Of a stretch of DNA of 64,000 nucleotides, positions 18,778 through 27,993 are shown in pieces; positions within the stretch are counted from its first letter, which is position 1, and the number at the start of each line of letters is the position of its first letter. Origin of the DNA: Candidatus Shapirobacteria bacterium (GTDB taxonomy: Bacteria > Patescibacteriota > Microgenomatia > UBA12405 > UBA6130); assembly GCA_027039485.1 (NCBI GenBank), contig JALWDZ010000026.1, forward strand, positions 1,093-65,092. Reading direction: 5' to 3'. The position numbers were made by a program, and so were the translations under genes. Under the pieces are notes generated by a model, which did no database searches, had not been told where the DNA came from, and worked only from the letters and a program-made list of their open reading frames with translations.

Positions 18778-18873
18778 TTAGTGCAAGAGGTAAATTAGGG
18801 GCCAAAAGCTACCCAAAACCAAAGCCAAGGAGGCGATGATAATGACAATTTTCATAATTTTCTTTTGCTTCAT
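18778..18873 (-). CDS. 31-aa single-TM microprotein (absent from the ORF track)
   Basis: MKQKKIMKIVIIIASLALVLGSFWPLIYLLH*; fills the gap exactly, 3 nt after the upstream stop and 2 nt before the recG ATG. Confidence 0.7.
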   Translation of the reverse strand: MKQKKIMKIVIIIASLALVLGSFWPLIYLLH

Positions 18874-18876
18874 ATC

Positions 18877-19587
18877 TTATCTTACCACAAAAGGGCGCAG
18901 GCGGCGGATTCCCATTTGTTTCAGTGGTTTTTTTACTTTATCTAGCAACGACTGGCCCGTTTTTAGTTTTTCAGGCCATCTTTGTTGCCAAAGTGGTTGG
19001 CCCGGCTTAACAATTTCGATAAAACCTAAATGGGGACCGGTGATCTTGGTTGTGCTGCTGGAATGAGCATAAGCTATTTTCTGGGCTTGTTGGCCGACTA
19101 CTACTAAAACATGGTCGATTCTCTTTTCGCTTTCAATTTGGGCCGGGATAATGTCGCCTTCGCGAATATTTTCTGGTAAAGGCTCTACAAAAATGGAATT
19201 TTTTTCATTAGTTAGGGCCCAGGTGTTAAAACGCCGCCGGGGATTTCGGCTAAAGCCCGGAGCCCATTGGAGCCCCTGCCAAAAACCCGGATGTAAAAAG
19301 TCCAGAATTTGGAACGCAAAACCAGAGCAATCGAGACCAATTCGCTTTTGTTGCATAAAACGGCGAATTTCCAAAGCTGGCATTTTTTGCCAATCCAACC
19401 CTTGCTGGCGCAGTTTAGCCAGAGTCACCCGGCGAATTTCGGCAGGAGTGCCCTTCCCTCCAAACGGCCCCTGAATGCGCCGCCCGAATTTCAGAAAACG
19501 GTTGCGCCAATAGGGAATTCTCACCGTCTTCTCGCCAAAAGGGAGAGCAAAAAAAGAGTTTAAAAATTGCTGCAAATCTTCTCTCAT
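18877..19587 (-). CDS. NlpC/P60-like cysteine peptidase/amidase
   Basis: IPY...GKG, GLDCSGF, EGDII, DHVLVV, YAHSS; start put at ATG 19587. Confidence 0.7.
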   Translation of the reverse strand: MREDLQQFLNSFFALPFGEKTVRIPYWRNRFLKFGRRIQGPFGGKGTPAEIRRVTLAKLRQQGLDWQKMPALEIRRFMQQKRIGLDCSGFAFQILDFLHPGFWQGLQWAPGFSRNPRRRFNTWALTNEKNSIFVEPLPENIREGDIIPAQIESEKRIDHVLVVVGQQAQKIAYAHSSSTTKITGPHLGFIEIVKPGQPLWQQRWPEKLKTGQSLLDKVKKPLKQMGIRRLRPFVVR

Positions 19588-19620
19588 TTCTTTTAGAATA
19601 ACATACCCATAATAAAAATA

Positions 19621-20013
19621 ACCAAATTCCAAATCTCAAATTCCAACCCCCCCTTCGGTAGGGGCAGGCAAATCCTAATTACCAAAATCCTAAACCCTAA
19701 ACAATGTTCAAATGATCAAAATTCAAATGTTCAAAACATTTCTTTCCTGTCATCCCGCCCTTTCTTATGAAAGAGCGGGATCTAGCCGAAGGTGCATGGA
19801 ATACTATATATTGCGCTCGCTCTGCTCGCTAGATTTTTACCCCGACGTTACGTCTTGGGGCTTCGCTAACGCTCAGAATGACATAGTTTAAGTGTTTTGG
19901 TCATTTGGTCATTTGGATTTTGAGCATTATTTAGGATTTAGGTCATTAGGATTTTGGATTTGTTATTCCTAGCTCCTAGTTCTTAGTTCCTAGTTCCATT
20001 TTCTAACTCCTAG
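19621..20013 (+). repeat. Armed repeat element B (L arm to 19740, TGTCA..TGACA core 19748-19883, R arm 19893-19963, CCTAG heptamer tail)
   Basis: Same arms as A, an internal REP-like doublet, and tail TTCCTAG/CTCCTAG/TTCTTAG. Confidence 0.85.
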
Positions 20014-20079
20014 ACTCTTAATCGGCAATAAAAGATAAAATTTGCAATCTGTCAGGAAAATAAGTAGAATACAAACACT

Positions 20080-20280
20080 ATGGCAGCATTGCCCAAACGA
20101 AAACCATCAACCCATCGGCAGGGTCGGCGGCGGAGCACCCACTCAGTTGCCCTTCCCAAATTAGTTACTTGCCCAAATTGCGGTCACAAAAAATTACCCC
20201 ATTTACCTTGTCCTCACTGTGGTTGGTATGAAGAAAAAACAAACCGATCCACGTCACCAGCGGCGGCGGCGAATCATTAA
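20080..20280 (+). CDS. rpmF: 50S ribosomal protein L32 (Zn ribbon)
   Basis: MAALPKRKPS..R..RRR, CPNCG..KLPHLPCPHCGWY; the tail overlaps nusB. Confidence 0.93.
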   Translation: MAALPKRKPSTHRQGRRRSTHSVALPKLVTCPNCGHKKLPHLPCPHCGWYEEKTNRSTSPAAAANH

Positions 20281-20602
20281 AATTCTTTTTGCCCATTCTT
20301 TTGACCAACTGGCCAAAAGAAAAACTTCTCCTTCCAATCAAGAAGCTAAAGAAATTATGAAACAAAAACCAGCTATCGACCAATATATTCTCAAGGCTGC
20401 CCCCCGCTGGCCGTTGGAGCGCATTAATAAAATTGACCTCGCTATTCTCCGCCTGGCTATCTGGGAACTTTGCTTTCAAAAAAAGGAGCCACCCAAAGTT
20501 ATTATTGACGAAGCGGTAGAATTAGCTAAAGAGTTTGGCGGGGAAAATTCACCAAGTTTCGTTAACGGAGTTTTGGGCACCATCTATGAACGCTGCCAAT
20601 AA
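20228..20602 (+). CDS. nusB: Transcription antitermination factor NusB
   Basis: WPLERINKIDLAILRLA, VIIDEAVELAKEFG, FVNGVLG. Confidence 0.95.
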   Translation: MKKKQTDPRHQRRRRIIKILFAHSFDQLAKRKTSPSNQEAKEIMKQKPAIDQYILKAAPRWPLERINKIDLAILRLAIWELCFQKKEPPKVIIDEAVELAKEFGGENSPSFVNGVLGTIYERCQ

Positions 20603-21317
20603 CGACTATCACCAACTGGAAAAGCGCCTACGTGTCCACTTCCGCCAGCCAGAATTGCTAGAAAAGGCCCTTACTCACCGGTCCTGGCTAAACGAGCACC
20701 GCCAGAAAACAACCACTTCTAACGAACGACTAGAATTTCTAGGCGATGCAGTTTTAGAACTTTGGAGCAGCAGCCGCCTTTATGCTCTTTTTCCCCAATA
20801 TCCGGAAGGCCAGTTAACTAATATCCGCTCCGCCCTGGTTCGGACCCAGACTTTAGCCCTGGCGGCCAAAAAGCTTCATTTAGGCAAATATTTGCGCTTG
20901 AGCCGCGGCGAGGAAAAAACTGGCGGCCGGCAAAACCCTTCCCTTTTAGAAAATACTTTTGAAGCTTTAATCGGAGCTATTTACGCCGATCAGGGAATAG
21001 AAGCAGCTTTTAAATTTCTAGACCGCCAGCTATTGGCAAAATTAAAACTATTTGGCAAAAAGGGTAATATTAAAGACGCCAAAACCATTTTCCAGGAAAT
21101 TGCCCAAGAAAGAATGAAAATTACCCCCCATTACCAAATTCTTGCCAGCCAAGGCCCAGAGCACCAAAAAATTTTTACCGCCGGGGCTTTCCTAGAGACT
21201 AAACTAATAGCTAAAGGACAGGGACATTCTAAACGCGAAGCCGAAGAGGCTGCCGCCAAAAAAGCATTGACTATCTTTAAGAAACAAAGTAGAATTAGCA
21301 ACAAGAAAAATGCTTAA
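20586..21317 (+). CDS. rnc: Ribonuclease III
   Basis: ALTHRS, NERLEFLGDAVL signature, FEALIGAIY, C-terminal dsRBD. Confidence 0.96.
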   Translation: MNAANNDYHQLEKRLRVHFRQPELLEKALTHRSWLNEHRQKTTTSNERLEFLGDAVLELWSSSRLYALFPQYPEGQLTNIRSALVRTQTLALAAKKLHLGKYLRLSRGEEKTGGRQNPSLLENTFEALIGAIYADQGIEAAFKFLDRQLLAKLKLFGKKGNIKDAKTIFQEIAQERMKITPHYQILASQGPEHQKIFTAGAFLETKLIAKGQGHSKREAEEAAAKKALTIFKKQSRISNKKNA

Positions 21318-21528
21318 AATAAAACTTTTCCAGCGCGGCAAAAAACACCAGCGAACTTACCGCATCGTTGTTGCCGAAGCCCGCTCAAAGCGAGACGGCA
21401 AATTTGTTGCCGACCTTGGTTTTTATAACCCGCAAACAAAGGAATTGCATTTTAACAAAAAGGAATTAGCTAAATGGCAAGAGCAGGGAGCTCAATTAAC
21501 CGCGGGAGTACGCCGCCTTTTATCATGA
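21310..21528 (+). CDS. rpsP: 30S ribosomal protein S16
   Basis: YRIVVAEARSKRDGKFV..LGFYNP; TTGACT-17-TAGAAT promoter inside the end of rnc. Confidence 0.96.
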   Translation: MLKIKLFQRGKKHQRTYRIVVAEARSKRDGKFVADLGFYNPQTKELHFNKKELAKWQEQGAQLTAGVRRLLS

Positions 21529-21758
21529 AAGAGTTGATTAGTTTCTTACTCCAGCTTATTTTTGGCCCCAAAAGCAAAGAAATTGACATCCTCATCACAC
21601 CAGAGGAAAACGGCCAACTTATTACCTTGGCAGCTCCAGAGGAACTCTTGGGCCAACTCATTGGCCGCGCTGGCCAAACTGCCCGGGCCCTAAAAATCCT
21701 TCTCGCCCTCCAAAGCAAAGGCCAACAAAGCTTCCGCCTTGATATTAAGAAAAAATAA
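21525..21758 (+). CDS. khpA: KH-domain RNA-binding protein (KhpA/YlqC type)
   Basis: GQLIGRAGQTARAL GxxG loop, directly after rpsP. Confidence 0.8.
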   Translation: MKELISFLLQLIFGPKSKEIDILITPEENGQLITLAAPEELLGQLIGRAGQTARALKILLALQSKGQQSFRLDIKKK

Positions 21759-21760
21759 TT

Positions 21761-22528
21761 TTAATAGAAAATATTACTTTTGCCCGCCGGGTTAGCGCTG
21801 GGGCTAGAAGACAAGGAAGGTTGTGGAGAAGAATAATGGAAAGTTTCTAGTTTTTTTAATACTTCCTTCTCTCCCTTAGTCAAAACAAAATCAGCAGGCT
21901 TTATCGAGATTGCCTTAAAGCGCGCGACATGACCGGCAAAATATAAACGCACCGAAAGCCTCAGCCGTAATAATTTAGCATCCTTGCCTTGGCTGTCAAA
22001 GCTAAATTCAATTGGCTGCAAAAGCGGTAAATTTGTTTCCAAATCCTTTAAAAAAGGTAAAAGATTTTTTCTTTCGCCAACAATTTCTAAATCAAGACGG
22101 GCTGTCGCCGGCGCTGATTTTTTGCGTGCCGAAGGTGTCGCTGTTTCTATCTGGCCCAAATCAAAACGCAAACTCTCAATCAAAAAACCATTGCGTTGGC
22201 AAGGAGCATCTAAAGCGAAGAGGACGCTAGCAATATCAGTTTGGCGTGGAAATGCTCTTTGCACCCAAAGAAGAGAATTTTTTAAGCTTTGCCAATCCCA
22301 ATTTTGCAAAACAGCCAGCTCTTCGGTTTTCTGGCGCAATATTTTTTGCTTTAGGCGCCACTGTTGCCATTCCTGCCTAGTTTGTTTTACAGCCGGCACC
22401 CAAAAAAGGAGCCCCGCCAAAAAAACTAAGCCCACTAAACCCCAATACAGCAAGAGGCGGCGAACAATTTTATTTTTAGATGCCAACGAAAACAGGCGCA
22501 GTTGCATCTCCAACCTATTCCCCATCAT
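21761..22528 (-). CDS. PilO-like type IV pilus alignment protein
   Basis: TM plus coiled coil plus ferredoxin-like pattern (FLKDLETNLPL); third gene after pilM. Confidence 0.6.
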   Translation of the reverse strand: MMGNRLEMQLRLFSLASKNKIVRRLLLYWGLVGLVFLAGLLFWVPAVKQTRQEWQQWRLKQKILRQKTEELAVLQNWDWQSLKNSLLWVQRAFPRQTDIASVLFALDAPCQRNGFLIESLRFDLGQIETATPSARKKSAPATARLDLEIVGERKNLLPFLKDLETNLPLLQPIEFSFDSQGKDAKLLRLRLSVRLYFAGHVARFKAISIKPADFVLTKGEKEVLKKLETFHYSSPQPSLSSSPSANPAGKSNIFY

Positions 22529-23076
22529 GAGTGATGCTTTTGAATAGATAAGACAAAAAAAGTTTTTGCCGGCGTTACCGTTAAAGTTTGTAAAGTAATT
22601 ATTCTGAATTGAGCAGTCGGGAAAAACGCCCGAAACGTATCCAACTTTTTCTCAAAGGCAGCTAAATCCAGCAAATCAGGCCAATAACCCTGGAGAATCA
22701 TTGTCTGCCCCTGCATTTTGAAATTGCTAATTACTGCCTTCTGACCCACAAATTTTTGAATAACAGCCAAATAAAAACTATATTTATCTCTCTTTTGCAA
22801 AACGGTACCCGCCTTACGCAATTCTACTTTTAAATATTTTTGTTGGGCTAATTGGGGAGCAAAAGTAGCCTTAGCTTGCTCTCTGGCTTGAATCTGACTT
22901 TGTAGTCGAACAAGCTGCTTTTTCAGCCAAAAATTACCTCCAATTGTTAATAAAACTAGAATAAGAAAGCTAAGAGCCAAAATAAGTGCCCTGGGGCGCC
23001 AGAAATTCAACCAGCGCCAGTATTGCAAATCTTCCCGTGTCCGCCCACCCAAAAGATTTACTCTATTCACCGCCAC
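22525..23076 (-). CDS. PilN-like protein
   Basis: N-terminal VNLL (INLLP-like) motif, TM, coiled coil; follows pilM. Confidence 0.65.
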   Translation of the reverse strand: MAVNRVNLLGGRTREDLQYWRWLNFWRPRALILALSFLILVLLTIGGNFWLKKQLVRLQSQIQAREQAKATFAPQLAQQKYLKVELRKAGTVLQKRDKYSFYLAVIQKFVGQKAVISNFKMQGQTMILQGYWPDLLDLAAFEKKLDTFRAFFPTAQFRIITLQTLTVTPAKTFFVLSIQKHHS

Positions 23077-24074
23077 TGCCTTTCCGCCAAACCAATAGCC
23101 GCAGAAAAATCTAATTTTCTTTTCAAAAAGTTTTTATCTATTGTCTCTGCTAGCTGCATATTTGCCATCGGGGCGCCCATCTGCACTTCAATACCAATAG
23201 TCCTGATCAATTCGTCAGATAGCTTGGGCAGAGCGCTTTCTTGCCCAGAAAGAATAATCAAATCTACCGTTTCATGCCACTCCTCGTTAAAGGCAACCAT
23301 CGTTTGTCGGGCATCTTCGATCAAGCGTGTTAACAAAGGCAAAAGCGCTTTGCGCACTTTATTCTGCCATTTACCTTTTTCAAAACCATAAACATTTTTA
23401 TATTCTTGGGCCTTTAAATTATCCATTCCTAGGGCAACGCTTACGGCCCGGGTAAAGGCTTGGCTACCCACCGGAACAATACGGCTAAGATATGGCACGG
23501 CATCTTTAACTACTAAAAACAATGTTTCCTGCTGCTTGATGTCAAAAATAAGCGTCGGTTTGGCCCGAGCAGGCACCAAGGCGCGCGTTAAGGCAATGCC
23601 TTCATTTTCAACCGCCAGAGGCACCAAATCAGCCAAAGTTAATAATTGTTGAAGCCCATCCAAAAAGCTTTTTCGGGTGGCCACCACCCAAACATATTGT
23701 TGGCCATTATCCATCTTCTTAACTACCTGATAATCCATTTGAGCCTCAGTCACTGGATAGGGAATAAAAGTATCAGCCTCATAACGCAGGGCTGAAGCAA
23801 TCTCTTCCTCTTTCATCGGCGGCAAAACAACCAAACGACTAATAACCATTTTCTCAGGAATACCAACTACCACCTGTTTTGTTTTTATATTGCCAAGGGC
23901 CAAAAGTTTGTTAAGCTCGGGGAGAAGATTTTTTCTATTCCGCTCGTTAGCAAAATCGAGGCCAAAGTTGTTAACAACTTCTTCGAGAACAGTTAGGGTA
24001 AAATTAACGCCGCTTTTTTTTACCTGGGCAATCTGCAAAGCATTGTTGGTCAAATTGAGGCCAAAGTAATCCAT
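23067..24074 (-). CDS. pilM: Type IV pilus assembly protein PilM
   Basis: Actin-like fold; YEADTFIPYP...MDYQ, IILSGQESALP.L, AAIGLA. Confidence 0.85.
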   Translation of the reverse strand: MDYFGLNLTNNALQIAQVKKSGVNFTLTVLEEVVNNFGLDFANERNRKNLLPELNKLLALGNIKTKQVVVGIPEKMVISRLVVLPPMKEEEIASALRYEADTFIPYPVTEAQMDYQVVKKMDNGQQYVWVVATRKSFLDGLQQLLTLADLVPLAVENEGIALTRALVPARAKPTLIFDIKQQETLFLVVKDAVPYLSRIVPVGSQAFTRAVSVALGMDNLKAQEYKNVYGFEKGKWQNKVRKALLPLLTRLIEDARQTMVAFNEEWHETVDLIILSGQESALPKLSDELIRTIGIEVQMGAPMANMQLAETIDKNFLKRKLDFSAAIGLAERQWR

Positions 24075-24111
24075 TTACTTCAGTATAAACAATTGGTAAA
24101 GCGAAAATCAA

Positions 24112-24609
24112 TTAAATTTTTTTTCCCAAAATCTTGTGAAGATAAAAATGATCAGACTTTTTGCCCACCGTGCCCATAAGCGATTTTTCCTGCACCTCGA
24201 GATCAAAATTGATAGTAATTTCTGGATATGATGAGCTTAACGGTTGACAGCGAGCTTGGAAATTTTTACATTTCACCGTTTTCGGAGTGAGGGCACTACT
24301 ATTAGAAGCAACGGCCCCGTTTTGGCAGCTAAAAACAGTGATCTCCCCATCTCGCCCCCAAAATGTGATTCTGTCTCGGTTAGCGCCATCGCAAAGGTCG
24401 GGGTGGTCGGCAAAACGTTGCAAGTAATCCTCTATAGCTAAAATTGCTGTACTCCCGCTTTGCCGCAACAATTTGCTGCTCAGCGCCTTATTTTGCCCTC
24501 GCAAGCTCATTACAAAAATAGCCGCTCCTACAGTTGCTAAAATAGCAAAAGTGCTAACAACAACTAAATTCTCAATCAGAGAAAAGCCCAGATGCCTTTT
24601 CATTGCCAA
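24112..24609 (-). CDS. Minor pilin
   Basis: Class III signal G|FSLIE plus hydrophobic helix. Confidence 0.8.
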   Translation of the reverse strand: MAMKRHLGFSLIENLVVVSTFAILATVGAAIFVMSLRGQNKALSSKLLRQSGSTAILAIEDYLQRFADHPDLCDGANRDRITFWGRDGEITVFSCQNGAVASNSSALTPKTVKCKNFQARCQPLSSSYPEITINFDLEVQEKSLMGTVGKKSDHFYLHKILGKKI

Positions 24610-25010
24610 TTACTATAAACAGTAGCCATTTCTACCATGCCTCTTTTGCTCCACCAAACTTTCACCTTGACGGTCACATCTTTTTGCGTACCGCTAATAT
24701 GACAGTTTTGATAACAGGTTTGACAGGTGAAATATTTATAGCCCTGGCAATTTGTTTCTTGTTGGCATTTATTACAAAGAGTGCTCAAATTACCCCACCA
24801 AGATTGGTCTAGTTTTGCCACCCTAATATCCTCTAGCTGCTTTTTAGCTAATTGGGTGGCTAAAGTTTTTTGTCGGTTAAACCGAGCAGTGGCAATAATA
24901 AAAGTAGTTGCCGCTGCTAATCCCGAAAGCAAAAGGGCAGAAATAGAAATTACAAAAACTACTTCCAGCAAGGATTGACCTTTTTCTTTCTGGCCTATTT
25001 TTATTGACAT
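24600..25010 (-). CDS. Minor pilin (PilV-like)
   Basis: G|QSLLEVV, ATQLAKKQLE, VTVKVKVWW. Confidence 0.78.
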   Translation of the reverse strand: MSIKIGQKEKGQSLLEVVFVISISALLLSGLAAATTFIIATARFNRQKTLATQLAKKQLEDIRVAKLDQSWWGNLSTLCNKCQQETNCQGYKYFTCQTCYQNCHISGTQKDVTVKVKVWWSKRGMVEMATVYSNWQ

Positions 25011-25483
25011 GCCTGCTCCTCGATAGTTCCCACCTTATATAAATTCACTTGGCGGCAACGGCCCTGGTAATAAAGACGAAAATAGCTTGGGTCGGTGGTG
25101 ACAGCACTTAACCGTCCTTCTAAAGCCAAAAAACGAAGCTTTTGGTTGTCGTCGCCATCACGATAAAGCCAATTACTCAAAGACTGCCATTCTTTTTCGC
25201 TAATAGTTTGCCAGGGCTGCTGGTAGTTATCGCAAACTTGGCGGTATTTCAAACTTTTATTAACGCTCCAAATTTCATAATAAGCCAATTCGTTGCATTG
25301 GCGGCTTTTTACACCGGCTCGCGCTTGACTGCGAAGCATGGCCAGATCTGTCGCCAAAACCTGAGCAGCCATATCCACCTGTTTTTTGGCCAAATAAAAG
25401 CGATAACCAGCAAAACTAAAACCTATTAGAAGACTAGCAATAGCTAAAGATACTAAAAGCTCTAAAAGGGTAAGGCCTTTCAT
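25001..25483 (-). CDS. Minor pilin (FimT/GspH-like)
   Basis: MKG|LTLLELLV; start put at ATG 25483. Confidence 0.78.
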   Translation of the reverse strand: MKGLTLLELLVSLAIASLLIGFSFAGYRFYLAKKQVDMAAQVLATDLAMLRSQARAGVKSRQCNELAYYEIWSVNKSLKYRQVCDNYQQPWQTISEKEWQSLSNWLYRDGDDNQKLRFLALEGRLSAVTTDPSYFRLYYQGRCRQVNLYKVGTIEEQACQ

Positions 25484-25484
25484 T

Positions 25485-25928
25485 CTACGGCGGCGAAAGA
25501 TGATAATTGCAAATTGTGTGCCAATTATTACCACACCGAGGATTACGAGGACAACCATTGCGATTCCCACTAGATTCTAACGCAGCGCAAAGTACATAAT
25601 CAGCACCATTAGCAGAATAATAATAATAGTGTTGCCCCCCCTTAGGATCCTGAGGGAATTCGTGCATATAGGTAACACCATTACAAGTCCAAGCTCCTGA
25701 TGCAGGGGGTAAGCAGGCTCGACAAGTACCTCCATCGTTATAAGGATAACAGCCAATATCGCTGCGAATCATTTCCAAAACTGACCGGATTTGCTCTAAA
25801 TCCGCTTTTCTCTTATCATCCCGAGCCTTCCGGCCAGCCGATTGATAAGACACCAAGGCCACCGAAGACAGAAGAATAATAATCGTGGTTACTACCAATA
25901 ACTCGATAAAAGTAAAGCCTTTCTTCAT
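25485..25928 (-). CDS. Pilin with GspG-like domain
   Basis: G|FTFIELL, ARDDKRKADL, PQDP; Cys-rich. Confidence 0.85.
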   Translation of the reverse strand: MKKGFTFIELLVVTTIIILLSSVALVSYQSAGRKARDDKRKADLEQIRSVLEMIRSDIGCYPYNDGGTCRACLPPASGAWTCNGVTYMHEFPQDPKGGQHYYYYSANGADYVLCAALESSGNRNGCPRNPRCGNNWHTICNYHLSPP

Positions 25929-26329
25929 TGAAGATTGCTCAAACAAAAATACTTTCCTCTGCCATAATTACAACCATTATTAGTGCCAGTACTTCGGGCA
26001 TTACCATTACTGGCCTCTAGTTGCGCACAAATACAATAAGAGTCGCTTGTACACTTCCAAGAATAATTTCGGGAAGGTTTAGGATCCCTAGGCAAACCAC
26101 CAGGCAAATAAGTATTTCCCGGATTACAACCAACCGGATATCGGTCATGTACCGCCCGGTATTGCTCTAAGGCTTTTTGGACCGCTTTAATATCCTGGCG
26201 GCGGCGGGCATCTCGGGCCCGTTTTTGGGCTGCCGAGTAAGAAGTAGAAATAACAGCCATTAAAACAGCGATAATAGAGATAACTACCAACAATTCAAAG
26301 AGAGTAAAACCGGCATTCTTTTTCATCAT
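25925..26329 (-). CDS. Pilin with GspG-like domain
   Basis: G|FTLFELL, ARDARRRQDI, PRDP. Confidence 0.85.
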   Translation of the reverse strand: MMKKNAGFTLFELLVVISIIAVLMAVISTSYSAAQKRARDARRRQDIKAVQKALEQYRAVHDRYPVGCNPGNTYLPGGLPRDPKPSRNYSWKCTSDSYCICAQLEASNGNARSTGTNNGCNYGRGKYFCLSNLQ

Positions 26330-26811
26330 TGACTACATACATAATAACAGTTTTCGGAACAGTTTGCTTGGCAAATCGTTTCCGGACAACGCTGGCTTGA
26401 ATCGCTAATATCTACATCACCGCCATTTTCTAATTCAGCCCAGAGGCGAAAGCCATCGCCATCATTACTCACACAATAGCCGTAATGGTGGTTGCCTCCA
26501 AGAGGGTCATCAGGCACTTTGGTCATGTAGGTAGTATTGCCTTCTTGCCACTGGCTGCCAAAAAGTAGTGGGGGAGTGGGATAAGCCTGATGGTCGTTGT
26601 AATAAAGGCGAAGGCTATTTTTAATTTCCCAAAGATCTTGCTTCCGCTGGCTATCCCGGGCCCGCTGCCGAGCCGACATTAAATTAGGCAAAAGTATCCC
26701 GGCTAAAATAGCAATAATCGAGAGGACCACTAAAAGCTCAATGAGGGTAAACCCTTTTCGTCTCAGAAGGGTAAACCCTTTTTGCTTCGGAAGGGTAAAT
26801 CCTTTTTTCAT
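26326..26811 (-). CDS. Pilin with GspG-like domain and a triplicated KGFTL leader
   Basis: KGFTLPKQKGFTLLRRKG|FTLIELL, ARDSQRKQDL, PDDP. Confidence 0.85.
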   Translation of the reverse strand: MKKGFTLPKQKGFTLLRRKGFTLIELLVVLSIIAILAGILLPNLMSARQRARDSQRKQDLWEIKNSLRLYYNDHQAYPTPPLLFGSQWQEGNTTYMTKVPDDPLGGNHHYGYCVSNDGDGFRLWAELENGGDVDISDSSQRCPETICQANCSENCYYVCSQ

Positions 26812-27314
26812 GGAAGGCGAACGTTAGAACTAGTAACGCCAAAATTATATGTCTCACCGGCGCATTGGTAGCCATTATTATTATACTTATTATAATCAGG
26901 GTCATGGCTATTTTCCAAAACAGAAAAAAGTTTAAAATAGGTTCCGTCCGATTGGTAGCAATAGTGAAAACTACGCCGCGGATCCTGCGGTAACCGCTTC
27001 ATATAAACAACAGTGGCGTTATTAATATTTTCCTCGAAAGCATCTCCCCAATCTAGAACTGTATTTTGGGGACAATGGCGGTTAACAACAATTTTACCTG
27101 TCTCTTGGCCAGAACAATCAGTGCTTAAGGGGTAAGAGCGGTGATCGTTATAATACATTTCTAAGGCTCGGGCAATATTACTTAAGTCTGCCTTCCGTTG
27201 GGCATCGCGTGCTTTCTGCTGGCTAGTATGGTACTGACCAAAGCCAATGCTTGCCAAAATACCCAAAATAGCCATCACCACCAACAGTTCTATTAAAGTA
27301 AACCCTCTCCTCAT
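26808..27314 (-). CDS. Pilin with GspG-like domain
   Basis: MRRG|FTLIELL, ARDAQRKADL, PQDP. Confidence 0.85.
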   Translation of the reverse strand: MRRGFTLIELLVVMAILGILASIGFGQYHTSQQKARDAQRKADLSNIARALEMYYNDHRSYPLSTDCSGQETGKIVVNRHCPQNTVLDWGDAFEENINNATVVYMKRLPQDPRRSFHYCYQSDGTYFKLFSVLENSHDPDYNKYNNNGYQCAGETYNFGVTSSNVRLP

Positions 27315-27318
27315 TTTT

Positions 27319-27993
27319 TTATTGACCACAAGTGGCATCATAACAACAAGCGGTGCCCTCACTATTACATCTATACTCTACACCAGGACAACAAGTCGAG
27401 CAAGTATCTGGCAAGCAGTAATGGTTATTTTCTCCCCCGCAAGTTGGCAAATAACATCCTGAGGGGAGGGTTGGGACAGGCGTGGGGGTAAGCATTTTTG
27501 TCGGTACAGGCGTGTTTGTTGGTTTATTGTTGACTTGCCCTGGGGGAGTAATATTGGGACTTGCTAAACCATAGGTATACTCTTGACCGTCTACTTGGCA
27601 ACCATCAGCGCAATATTCTTTTGGCCTAGGATAAGCCAAATTGGCATAAATAGCGAACCAGGTAGGACAATCGTTATCCTCAACGACAATTTTATAAGGT
27701 TGATGGCTTTGGGGATCACAGGGAACGATGTCTAACCAGGGGCGAAAATCATGGCTGTCGCAATGTTGCAACTTAACTAAATCCTCGCCATGAGGATAAC
27801 AACCATTGTCATTATAATAATCCTCCATGGCTCGTTGTAATTCGTGCAAATCGCGGCGCCGGCGGCCGTCATCAGCTTTACGAATTTGGGCTAAATAATT
27901 CATCAAAAAGATAATGGCCAAAATAACAATAATGGCCATTGCTATTAAAATTTCTACCAGAGTTACTCCTTGTTGGTTGCCTTTTGCTACCAT
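27319..27993 (-). CDS. Pilin with a Pro/Thr linker and a Cys-rich C-terminal domain
   Basis: G|VTLVEIL, PCDP, PTNTPVPT linker, 10-Cys tail. Confidence 0.8.
   Translation of the reverse strand: MVAKGNQQGVTLVEILIAMAIIVILAIIFLMNYLAQIRKADDGRRRRDLHELQRAMEDYYNDNGCYPHGEDLVKLQHCDSHDFRPWLDIVPCDPQSHQPYKIVVEDNDCPTWFAIYANLAYPRPKEYCADGCQVDGQEYTYGLASPNITPPGQVNNKPTNTPVPTKMLTPTPVPTLPSGCYLPTCGGENNHYCLPDTCSTCCPGVEYRCNSEGTACCYDATCGQ

Noticed and set aside
20228-20280. L32 C-terminal extension overlapping nusB read as a programmed frameshift or fusion
   Set aside because: nusB has its own ATG at 20228, and loss of a stop codon explains the overlap more simply
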